Of a stretch of 26,677 nucleotides of DNA, positions 7,605 through 15,786 are shown in pieces (the first letter of the stretch is position 1; each line of letters opens with the position of its first letter). The stretch covers positions 1 through 26,677 of the IMG/VR virus record IMGVR_UViG_3300020003_000010; one strand, given 5' to 3'. The notes beneath the pieces were generated by a model, which worked only from the letters and a program-made list of their open reading frames with translations, was not told where the DNA came from and ran no database searches. This DNA is from a virus (taxonomy: Duplodnaviria; Caudoviricetes). The position numbers and the translations under genes were made by a program.

Positions 7605-8579
7605 ATGCCTTCCACCGTCCTCCAATCCATCATGCCATTAAACGTCGATTCCACCATGATCTCCTGCGCCCGGTCGTGCTTGCAGAAGTTTCGTCTCGAA
7701 TTCGTCCTCGGCCTTAGACCGATCGGCTTAAGCGTGGATCTCCACGCCGGCGCCTGCTTCGCCCTCGCAATCGAAGAAACCTACCGCCAGATCCACATCG
7801 CGAAGCGCCCGCTCGCTGAGGCTCTCCTCCGTGCCCACTTCGCTTTCATGGCCTCCTGGGGCGATTTCGAAATCCCCGAATGGAAGCGAACCGCAAAGAC
7901 AAAAGAGAGAGTATGGGAAGCCGTCGAAGGCTACTTTGCCGAATGGAGCCCTCTGACTGATCCGTGTCAGCCCTACACGGCTGCCGACGGTAATCCGACC
8001 TTCGAATACACCTTCGCCATCCCACTCGAGCCCTTCTGCGATCCACACGCTGGAACGGTGAAGCCGGGTGATTTCCCTGAACATCCCGACGGAGGTCCGT
8101 TCCTCTATTCGGGTCGCTTCGACATGCTCGGCTCTTATATGGGCTATCCGTGTATACGGGACGAAAAGACAACTGGTTCATCCATTGGGGATCGGTGGGC
8201 TGAACAATGGGACCTTCGTTCCCAATTCATGGGCTATGTGTGGGCCTGCCGCCAAGGCGGCGTCGACGCCAGAAACGTGATCGTGAGGGGGATCGGGATT
8301 CAAAAGACCCAGCTCCGCTTCGTCGAAGCCATTAAGACCTATTCCGACTTCCTCATCGCCCGCTGGTATGAGCAGCTTCGCCGCGATCTCTGGCGGATCA
8401 GACGTGCTTGGGACGAAGGCTACTTCGACTTCAATCTCGGCGAATCCTGTACCGCTTATGGGTCTTGCGCTTTCATGACCAACTGTCAGAGCCAAGTCCC
8501 CGAAGCTTGGATGCAAGGCTATGAGGTACGTCGATGGAATCCTCTGATCAAGAACCCCGTCAAAGTTCCAACATCTTAA
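7605..8579 (+). CDS. PD-(D/E)XK exonuclease, Cas4/AddB-like with probable Fe-S cluster
   Basis: GRFDML...IRDEKTT catalytic motifs, QFMGY motif, N-terminal Cys (SCLQKF) plus C-terminal CTAYGSCAFMTNC. Confidence 0.85.
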   Translation: MPSTVLQSIMPLNVDSTMISCARSCLQKFRLEFVLGLRPIGLSVDLHAGACFALAIEETYRQIHIAKRPLAEALLRAHFAFMASWGDFEIPEWKRTAKTKERVWEAVEGYFAEWSPLTDPCQPYTAADGNPTFEYTFAIPLEPFCDPHAGTVKPGDFPEHPDGGPFLYSGRFDMLGSYMGYPCIRDEKTTGSSIGDRWAEQWDLRSQFMGYVWACRQGGVDARNVIVRGIGIQKTQLRFVEAIKTYSDFLIARWYEQLRRDLWRIRRAWDEGYFDFNLGESCTAYGSCAFMTNCQSQVPEAWMQGYEVRRWNPLIKNPVKVPTS

Positions 8580-8593
8580 CCCAAGGAAGCCAC

Positions 8594-8896
8594 ATGCCCC
8601 TCTACACCCCACTCACCGAAGCCCAGCTTCAGCGCCTCGACCGCAAGAGCCGCGAAATCAAAAGCCTCCAATACACCGTCTACGAAACCGCTCTTCACCT
8701 CAGTACAAGTCCAGGCGACGAAGACGGTGTCGAACGGAGCGCCGCGTCCATGCGTCGCGTCGTCCAGCAGCTCGATCGAGAACTCTTCTCGCTCATGGAA
8801 CTCTGCGGTCTTTTGCGGCGCGAGAACTATCCGAAACCAGCGGGCGAAGCCCTGGGCGAGGCCAGGCCGCGCGCTGCCAAGATCGAGGACCTCTGA
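8594..8896 (+). CDS. Hypothetical helical protein (100 aa); ends AAKIEDL
   Basis: AAGGAA RBS then ATG 8594, in frame with ORF 8534..8896; TGATG overlap with the ATPase. Confidence 0.7.
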   Translation: MPLYTPLTEAQLQRLDRKSREIKSLQYTVYETALHLSTSPGDEDGVERSAASMRRVVQQLDRELFSLMELCGLLRRENYPKPAGEALGEARPRAAKIEDL

Positions 8897-9900
8897 TGTC
8901 TGACCCAATCATACTCCAGCCTCCTGGAAGCCTCGTCGCGGGTGCCCCCGGCAGCGGCAAGACCTTTTCCATCGCGACCCAACTCCTCTGTGGGCTCGAA
9001 GTCTTCGTCATCGTGACGGAGCCAGATGGCTTGGCTTCGTTGCTCGATGCTTGCGAGACCCTCAAAGCTCCAGTGGATCGGCTCCACTGGACCCTCTGCC
9101 TTCCGACGACTTCCGACTGGACTTCCCTCCTCGACATGGTCGGGAAGGTAAACTCCATGGACCAGAAGGGTATCGCCGACATCCGCGATCTCGGGAAGGC
9201 TTCTTTCCGCCCGGCGGCGGAGAAATTCATCCGTACCTTCGCTAACTTCAAATGCGAACGGACTGGCGAAAGCTATGGTGACTTCTGTTCTTGGAACGAC
9301 ACCCGCATATTAAACGTCGACTCCTTCACGGGTTGGTCATCGATAATGTGGGGACTTACCGTGGGCCATAAGCCGACGGCGAACCCCGGCGAGTGGGGCA
9401 TCGCACAGAACGTCATCTGGAGCCTTCTCCAAAAAGTCAATAGCGACCGCCGTTGTTTCTTCAATATGACTGCCCACGTCGAGAAGGAGAACGACGACAT
9501 ATCCGGCATCCGCCGCCTAATGGTGTCGACCATCGGGGCGAAGCTGGCCCCGAAGGTTCCGTCACAGTTCAGCGAGTTTATCCGCGCGACTCGTCAAATG
9601 GACAATAACGGCAAGGCAACCTTTGTCTGGTCAACCCTCGACAACTCAATGGAGCTAAAGAACCGCGCCCTCCCGATCGGGACAGTTCTCCCCGCTACCT
9701 TCCGTCCTATCTACGACGCCCATCAGCGTCGGAAGAAATTAGTGAATGTGTCGGGCGAAGCCCAAGCGTCTCCGAGCGTAGCTCGGGGCGAAGCCCAAGT
9801 CCGACCGCCGCCGCAACAGACCCCGGCCACGCCGGTCCCGCCTGCTGCACCCATGGGACGTCCCGAGGACCGCGTAGCGGTCTTGGCGTCCAAGACCTGA
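8896..9900 (+). CDS. P-loop ATPase, AAA_24/Sak4-like single-strand annealing protein
   Basis: Walker A GAPGSGKT, Walker B LNVDSFT, MTAHVEKE motif; lies between exonuclease and SSB. Confidence 0.8.
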   Translation: MSDPIILQPPGSLVAGAPGSGKTFSIATQLLCGLEVFVIVTEPDGLASLLDACETLKAPVDRLHWTLCLPTTSDWTSLLDMVGKVNSMDQKGIADIRDLGKASFRPAAEKFIRTFANFKCERTGESYGDFCSWNDTRILNVDSFTGWSSIMWGLTVGHKPTANPGEWGIAQNVIWSLLQKVNSDRRCFFNMTAHVEKENDDISGIRRLMVSTIGAKLAPKVPSQFSEFIRATRQMDNNGKATFVWSTLDNSMELKNRALPIGTVLPATFRPIYDAHQRRKKLVNVSGEAQASPSVARGEAQVRPPPQQTPATPVPPAAPMGRPEDRVAVLASKT

Positions 9901-9913
9901 AAGGAAGACTTCT

Positions 9914-10447
9914 ATGACCTCCATCTCCAACGAAACTTTCGATGCCGACGCCTTTTTGAATGAGCAGGTCGACGCCCCGATGGCGACCGACTTCACGCTC
10001 TGTCCCGCCGCCGAGTATCTCGCCTATATCCACGACTTCAACTCCGACGCCGTGGAGGAAATCAACTTCGTCTACAAGCAGGGGCCGAACGCCGGAAGTC
10101 CTGGCACGATGAAGAAGTTCGGCTGTCCCTTCATCATCCCAGACGAAAAGGCCCGCGCCCACATGGGCAAGGTCCTCGATCAGAAGCTCATCGTCGAAGC
10201 CGACATGATCCTCGACATCGATCCCGAGACCGGCAAGCTCTCCACTGGGATCAACAAGAACGTCCTTCTCGGCAAGGTCCGTGATGCCGTCGGCCAAAAC
10301 AACGACCCAACCTGGAACCTCTCTAAGCTCCGCGGCGCCGGCCCTCTGATGATCCGAGTCGTCCACCGCCAAATCGACACGAAGAACGGCAAGATCACCG
10401 TCGCTCGCGTCGATCGTGTAGCGCCGCTCGCCAAACAGGTCGCCTAG
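9914..10447 (+). CDS. Putative single-stranded DNA-binding protein (DUF669-like)
   Basis: FTLCPAAEYLAYI start of fold, LGKVRDAVG, IRVVHR; usual position after a Sak4-like gene. Confidence 0.65.
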   Translation: MTSISNETFDADAFLNEQVDAPMATDFTLCPAAEYLAYIHDFNSDAVEEINFVYKQGPNAGSPGTMKKFGCPFIIPDEKARAHMGKVLDQKLIVEADMILDIDPETGKLSTGINKNVLLGKVRDAVGQNNDPTWNLSKLRGAGPLMIRVVHRQIDTKNGKITVARVDRVAPLAKQVA

Positions 10448-10516
10448 AACGTAACGCACTTCGCGAAGCGAGAGGCGGCTTGTAGAGACCAAGTCAGTGA
10501 TGTGTCTTGGGCTCGA

Positions 10517-10554
10517 TGGGACCCGGTTAACTTTGGACGGTGGGCCGGGTCCCA
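10517..10554 (+). other. Stem-loop in intergenic region (possible terminator or processing site)
   Basis: TGGGACCCGG (10517-10526) pairs with CCGGGTCCCA (10545-10554); followed only by CCTTTAA. Confidence 0.45.
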
Positions 10555-10594
10555 CCTTTAACAATCCACCGTCTCAGAGAGCCGGAGAGCCTCA

Positions 10595-10789
10595 ATGGAT
10601 CGAATGCTTCAATTCTTCGATTACAAACATCTGCCTGAGCACTTACAAGAGATCAGTAAGCCATTCGGCGACATGGCCGTATGGATGACTACCCAACTCC
10701 CGTCGAACCCCGAGAGAACTGTTGGGCTTCGAAAACTCCTCGAGGCCAAAGACTGCGCCGTTCGCGCCGTGATCTACAAGGAGCCTTGA
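10595..10789 (+). CDS. Small helical-hairpin protein, possibly Acb2/Tad1-like
   Basis: FDYKHLP..LQ..SKPF...LPSNPERTVGLRKLLEAKDCAVRA; GGAG RBS. Confidence 0.55.
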   Translation: MDRMLQFFDYKHLPEHLQEISKPFGDMAVWMTTQLPSNPERTVGLRKLLEAKDCAVRAVIYKEP

Positions 10790-11185
10790 ATGTCAAAACC
10801 CATCCTCTGTCTCGACTTCGACGGCGTGATCCACTCCTACTCATCTGGATGGAAAGGAGCCGAAATAATCCCAGATGAACCTGTTCCTGGAGCTATCAAT
10901 TTCCTCCGTGAAGCAGTCAAACACTTCACAGTCCATATCTTCTCCTCCCGCAGTCACCAACTCGGCGGCGGCGAGGCAATGCGTGAATGGCTCGGCTACT
11001 GGATCATGTTCGAAGAACCCGACATCATCAACTTCGACCCTCCGTGGTTCGCCTCTATCGTTTGGCCAACCGAGAAGCCACCAGCCTTCCTCACCATCGA
11101 CGACCGTGCCATCACCTTCACTGGTGAATGGCCCTCGATAGAAAGCCTCAAAGCCTTTAAGCCATGGAACAAGAAAGGCTCCTGA
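10790..11185 (+). CDS. HAD-superfamily phosphatase
   Basis: Motif I LDFDGVI, motif II IFSSR, motifs III/IV EKP...IDDRA. Confidence 0.85.
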   Translation: MSKPILCLDFDGVIHSYSSGWKGAEIIPDEPVPGAINFLREAVKHFTVHIFSSRSHQLGGGEAMREWLGYWIMFEEPDIINFDPPWFASIVWPTEKPPAFLTIDDRAITFTGEWPSIESLKAFKPWNKKGS

Positions 11186-12532
11186 ATGCGCTACGTCCCC
11201 CGCTCTCAGATAATCGTTGGATCTCGTCAACGCACCCGTATCGAGCCTGGCCCTCTCAACGAGCTAAAGGACTCGATCCTCAATGTCGGGCTCTTAAGTC
11301 CGCCCGTAGCGATCTATGAAGAGGGCAGCGATCAATGGATTCTGATAGCGGGGGAACGTCGTTTTAAGGCCATGTGTCTTATCATCGACGAAGGTAGTAC
11401 CTTCTTTCATAACGGTGAATCAGTTCCGATCGCCCATGTCCCCATTACGACCCTCGGTGACTATCTCGGCGAAACCGGCTTCTTCGAGGCCGAGCTTCAC
11501 GAAAACGTCCATCGTGTCGACTTGGATTGGCAGGATCGAACTCGTGCGTATGCAATGCTTCACGAAATGCGGAAAATTCTTAACCCCAGCCAAACCTTCA
11601 CCGACACAGCCAAGGAGATTCAATCCAAGACGACGGAAGAAACTAAACGACCTCCTACACAACTGAAGAACATGAGTACCGTCGTTAAGCAATCTGTTGC
11701 TATTGTGGCCCACCTTGATAAGCCGGCGGTTGCAAATGCCCGCAATGCAAACGAAGCCATGGCAAAGGTCCTTAAGATCGAAGAGGAAAACCTCCGCCGC
11801 ATTTTAGCGGTCAGGCGTCAGAAGCGTCTCCCAGTTAAGTCCTCTATCGAGGTAGTCCATGGCGACCTGTTCACCATACTTCCGTCCTTGGCGGACAGCA
11901 CTTTTGACCTTATCTGCGCTGACCCCCCTTACGGTATCGGGGCGGCAGGAGCTGGGTTCCGTGCCCGAACGGTTCATCATCACAACTACGACGACACTGT
12001 GGACTCCGCCAAGAGCATTGCTCGTGCAATCTTTACCCATGGATTCCGCTTGGCGAAGCCGGCTGCAAACCTCCTTATGTTCTGCGACATCGAACTATTT
12101 GACTGGCTCAAAATGACCTCCTCGAATATGGGCTGGATGCCTTTCCGACGTCCGCTTATCTGGCAGAAAAGCGAAAGCGAAGGCATGGCTCCTTGGGGCT
12201 CGAAGGGTCCACGCATCACGACCGAGTTTATATTCTTCGCTACGAAGGGCCAGCGCGGTTTCCACGCCTCACCGACTGACCTCTTCAACGTCAGGCGTGT
12301 ATCACGGAGCGAACGTCTTCATGCCGCCGAGAAACCAGTCGAACTCCTGAAGACCCTAATCGAAATCTCGACCCTACCCGGCGACTCCGTCCTTGATCCT
12401 TGTTGCGGAAGCGGGTCGACCCTGATCGCGGCCCGCCTCTGCAATCGTACCGCCCTCGGTATTGAGAAAGACCACGAGTACTTCAACACAGCAATGGCGA
12501 ATGTCTATGCCGAAACAGAACCGACTGATTGA
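11186..12532 (+). CDS. ParB/Srx-like domain fused to an N6-A/N4-C DNA methyltransferase (beta class)
   Basis: LIAGERRFKA and ELHENVHR (ParB-N); DPPY precedes H..EKP and VLDPCCGSGST (SAM-binding). Confidence 0.9.
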   Translation: MRYVPRSQIIVGSRQRTRIEPGPLNELKDSILNVGLLSPPVAIYEEGSDQWILIAGERRFKAMCLIIDEGSTFFHNGESVPIAHVPITTLGDYLGETGFFEAELHENVHRVDLDWQDRTRAYAMLHEMRKILNPSQTFTDTAKEIQSKTTEETKRPPTQLKNMSTVVKQSVAIVAHLDKPAVANARNANEAMAKVLKIEEENLRRILAVRRQKRLPVKSSIEVVHGDLFTILPSLADSTFDLICADPPYGIGAAGAGFRARTVHHHNYDDTVDSAKSIARAIFTHGFRLAKPAANLLMFCDIELFDWLKMTSSNMGWMPFRRPLIWQKSESEGMAPWGSKGPRITTEFIFFATKGQRGFHASPTDLFNVRRVSRSERLHAAEKPVELLKTLIEISTLPGDSVLDPCCGSGSTLIAARLCNRTALGIEKDHEYFNTAMANVYAETEPTD

Positions 12533-12686
12533 TATCGCCGGCGAGATTCGCGGCGAGACCGAAAAAGCTTGGCGCTTTTACGACGGCACTAAGACTGAGT
12601 GGGTTCCGAAGTCTCAAGTCGAAGACAACGGCGACGGCACTTTCACCATGCCTGAATGGCTCGCAATAGAAAAGGGCTTCGTTTGA
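12507..12686 (+). CDS. Small conserved phage protein
   Basis: ETEKAW..YDG...WVPKSQ...FTMPEWLAIEKG pattern; start at 12501 or 12507. Confidence 0.7.
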   Translation: MPKQNRLIDIAGEIRGETEKAWRFYDGTKTEWVPKSQVEDNGDGTFTMPEWLAIEKGFV

Positions 12687-14518
12687 CCGACCTCCCCCAC
12701 TACCAGGGTGATCTGTGGTATGGAACTTCCGGTCCACCCGACGCGCCCATTGTTCTTGTGGCGGAGTCTTGGGGCTCGGAGGAAGACGTTCAGAAGCGTC
12801 CGCTTGTCGGTTCTTCTGGCGTCGAAATGGATCGTATGCTGGCTGAGGCTGGTATCCAACGCGCCGATGTCTTCGTGACGAACCTCATCGCGGAGCGACC
12901 ATATGCGAATGAAACCTGGCGGTTCTTTGAACCAGCAGAAACTTCTCGCCTCGATCGCAAGCTATATCGTGGACTGTTGCCCACAGAAGCTACGAAGGCT
13001 GAAATCTTTAGGCTATATCGTCAAATTGGAGCTTATCCACGAAAGCTCGTGGTGGCTGCAGGAAATTGGTCGCTTTGGGGTTTGTCTTCCCACACGAAGG
13101 CCAAGAAGATCTCGGTCTCGAACGGGAAGAAGGTCCCGAAGGACCTCCAAACCTACGGCCCAAACGGAATAGTCGATCACCGCGGCTCCATGACCTTTAC
13201 CGACCCCTTACCCGGCTTCGCCGATGTCGATTTCGCGCGAGGAATTCCTCTCCTCCCTATCATCCATCCTGCAGCGATCCTCCGAGCCTGGTATCAACGC
13301 GCCTGCACCGTCCACGATCTCAAGACCCGCGTTCCTAAAGCTCTTAGAAGCGACTGGCGTCCGGCTTCGTCCCCCATCTGTCTCTCGCCGCCTTCCTTCG
13401 GCGAAGCTCGTTCTCGCCTCGAGCTATGGCTTCGTGAAGCAGGTAGCGGAACCACCATCTATCTCGCAAATGATGTCGAGACCGTTCGGAAGCGATTTAT
13501 CTCCGTCATGGGTTTCGCCGATTCTACCAGCTTCGCCATGTGTATCCCCTTTATCCGTCACGACGCCGCTGAAGGCGGTTTCGAGTCCTACTGGCCTATT
13601 GAGCAGGAAGCAATCCTCGTCGGTCTTATCCGCCGCGTTCTATCTCACCCCAACGTCCGAGTGATCGGTCAGAACTACCTCTACGACCTTCAGTGGATTC
13701 AGTCCGAGATGGGAATCACGCCCAACCACGACGAAGATACCATGCTAAACCAAAACGTTCTATTCCCCGGCACGCCGAAAGACCTCGGCTACTTGTCGTC
13801 GCTTTATTGTGAGTATCATTGGTATTGGAAGGAAGACAACAAGGATTGGGATCAGCTTGGTGACCTCAAGCGCCTTATGGATTATAATTGCCTCGACGTC
13901 CTTCGTACATGGGAGATCGCCTTTAATCAACGAAAACTTATTAAGGTCTTAGGTCAGGAGAGCCAAATCGCTTTCAAGATGCAAACGGCAGCCTTATGCC
14001 GCCGAATGATGAACCGCGGCGTTCTTATTGATAAGAAGCGGCGCGGCTCGATGCTCTATGACCTCCAAGCCGCCGTCTCCAGCTTCGAGCAAGAACTCTT
14101 GAATATCATCCCCCAGGATTTCGTCAAACCGTTTGAGCTTAAGAAAAACGGTGAGGTCAAAAATGGCCAAACCCTCTGGTTCAATTCACCCCAACAGACC
14201 TCTCGGCTCTTCTACGACATCCTCGGTTTCAAGATCGTAACGAATTCGAAGACCGGCTCGTCTACCGTCGGCAAACAAGCCCTTATGGAGCTGAAGAGGA
14301 CATCACCGGAGTTCTTCTGGCTCTTCGACCGTTTAGACAACCTGGGCAGCGCTGCGAATACCGCCGAGGTCATTCAGAGCCAGCTTGAGTCTGACGACCG
14401 AATGCGTTGTATGTATAATCCTGGTGGAACCGAGACGCATCGTCTCGCATCAAGCCAGAACGTCTTTGGCCGAGGCACGAACCTCCAGAACCTTACGAAG
14501 GGCGAAGAAGACGAATGA
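12683..14518 (+). CDS. polA: DNA polymerase family A, N-terminal fragment: UDG-like domain, 3'-5' exonuclease, thumb and motif 2
   Basis: UDG family-4-like LVAESWG..E...RPLVG.SG, VTN, HPAAILR; ExoI DVET, ExoII NYLYD, ExoIII YNCLD; NSPQQ; TETHRLASS...NLQNL. Probable TTG start at 12683 overlapping the previous stop. Confidence 0.9.
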   Translation: MTDLPHYQGDLWYGTSGPPDAPIVLVAESWGSEEDVQKRPLVGSSGVEMDRMLAEAGIQRADVFVTNLIAERPYANETWRFFEPAETSRLDRKLYRGLLPTEATKAEIFRLYRQIGAYPRKLVVAAGNWSLWGLSSHTKAKKISVSNGKKVPKDLQTYGPNGIVDHRGSMTFTDPLPGFADVDFARGIPLLPIIHPAAILRAWYQRACTVHDLKTRVPKALRSDWRPASSPICLSPPSFGEARSRLELWLREAGSGTTIYLANDVETVRKRFISVMGFADSTSFAMCIPFIRHDAAEGGFESYWPIEQEAILVGLIRRVLSHPNVRVIGQNYLYDLQWIQSEMGITPNHDEDTMLNQNVLFPGTPKDLGYLSSLYCEYHWYWKEDNKDWDQLGDLKRLMDYNCLDVLRTWEIAFNQRKLIKVLGQESQIAFKMQTAALCRRMMNRGVLIDKKRRGSMLYDLQAAVSSFEQELLNIIPQDFVKPFELKKNGEVKNGQTLWFNSPQQTSRLFYDILGFKIVTNSKTGSSTVGKQALMELKRTSPEFFWLFDRLDNLGSAANTAEVIQSQLESDDRMRCMYNPGGTETHRLASSQNVFGRGTNLQNLTKGEEDE

Positions 14519-14967
14519 CCCAAGTAATTATCGAACCCCTCTACACCGACTCCCGTGCTCCGACCCGCGGTACCGATCAGGCTACTGGTTGGGACCTCTA
14601 CGCCCATATCAGCGGGCGAGAACGTCGAACCACCATCCTCATCCCCCGTAACACGACCACTCCGATCGACGTCGGGTGGAAGATCAAAGTCCCTTGGGGC
14701 TTCTATATGCTCATTTGCTCCCGCTCCGGCTTGGCTGCAAAGAGTATCTTCGTCTCAAATGCCCCCGGCGTTATCGATTCCGACTACCGTGGCCCCATTC
14801 TCGTTCTACTCTATAATGGTGGTCTAGAGAATCATTGGGTCCAACATAACGATCGGATCGCCCAGATGATTCTTTGCAAGAAGGAAGAATATCAACTCTG
14901 TCAGGGCGAAGTAAACGTGAACGAAACTGGGCGGGGCGCAAAAGGCTTCGGGAGCACAGGGAGGTAG
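14515..14967 (+). CDS. dut: Trimeric dUTPase
   Basis: All five motifs present: ATGWDL, RSGLA, GVIDSDYRG, DRIAQ, RGAKGFGSTG. Confidence 0.95.
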   Translation: MTQVIIEPLYTDSRAPTRGTDQATGWDLYAHISGRERRTTILIPRNTTTPIDVGWKIKVPWGFYMLICSRSGLAAKSIFVSNAPGVIDSDYRGPILVLLYNGGLENHWVQHNDRIAQMILCKKEEYQLCQGEVNVNETGRGAKGFGSTGR

Positions 14968-14971
14968 AATC

Positions 14972-15772
14972 ATGAGCCGAACTCAGATAATCCTCCCAAA
15001 TGTCCGTAAACTCTTCCTCACCGACCCATCCTACATCCAATACGAATGCGATCTTAAGGGTGCCGACGCTCAAGTCGTAGCGTGGGAGGCTGAAGATGAA
15101 GACCTCAAAGCCGCCTTTAGGAGTGGGGTCGACATTCATGTCAAAAACGCGACCGACATGTGGGGCTCCGCGTTCACATGCCTTTCTGAAGGAAGTCACG
15201 CATGGACTAAAAAACGTCAAGAATGTAAGCACACTGTTCACGGATGTAATTATGGCTGTACCTCAAGAACTACGGCGAAACAGCGCGGCTGGCTTGTTAT
15301 TGAGGCAGAGAGGTTTCACCGCCGCTGGTTCAGTCTACACCCAGGAATTAAGAAGAACTTCCACGAACGAACAATGGCTCGTCTTCATAAGAACCGAACC
15401 ATTTCGAATCCGTTCGGTTTTCGAAGGGTCTTCTTTGATCGAGTTGAAAACTGTTTTACCGAAGCACTTGCTTGGATACCTCAATCAGTTGTGGCTCTCA
15501 ACACCTACCACGGCGCCCTTCAGCTCGAAGCGCGCTACTGGCCTTGGCAACAGAAGCGAGGCTGGACCCCCGGCGTTGCCGACCATGAGGGAATCCTCCT
15601 CCAAACCCACGACTCAATCAACCCGCAGTGGAAAGCCGAAGCGGCTCCAGAACCGAAAGAGATCCAAGAAACCCTCAACGTCCTAACCCCATACGACGAT
15701 CCACTCTATATCCCCTGGGACTTGAAGCGATCGTTTAAGAGTTGGGGAGAAATGGAGAAGGTTAAGGTTTGA
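14972..15772 (+). CDS. polA: DNA polymerase family A, C-terminal catalytic fragment (motifs A, B, C)
   Basis: VRKLF...DLKGADAQVVA (A), DIH, RQECKHTVHGCNYG (B), FGFRR, PQS, LQTHDS (C); GGAGG RBS. Confidence 0.9.
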   Translation: MSRTQIILPNVRKLFLTDPSYIQYECDLKGADAQVVAWEAEDEDLKAAFRSGVDIHVKNATDMWGSAFTCLSEGSHAWTKKRQECKHTVHGCNYGCTSRTTAKQRGWLVIEAERFHRRWFSLHPGIKKNFHERTMARLHKNRTISNPFGFRRVFFDRVENCFTEALAWIPQSVVALNTYHGALQLEARYWPWQQKRGWTPGVADHEGILLQTHDSINPQWKAEAAPEPKEIQETLNVLTPYDDPLYIPWDLKRSFKSWGEMEKVKV

Positions 15773-15786
15773 AGAAGTTTGGAATT

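Noticed and set aside
7605-8579. Cas4-like nuclease as evidence of a CRISPR system
   Set aside because: No repeat-spacer array or other cas genes; the context is a phage recombination module.
9707-10564. 285-aa minus-strand ORF and other long antisense ORFs
   Set aside because: Mirror frames of well-supported genes, expected in GC-rich biased sequence; no motifs.
14515-14971. Intron or intein explanation for the polymerase interruption
   Set aside because: The interval is filled entirely by the dUTPase ORF, with no room for a ribozyme core, no intein termini, and an RBS for the downstream half.
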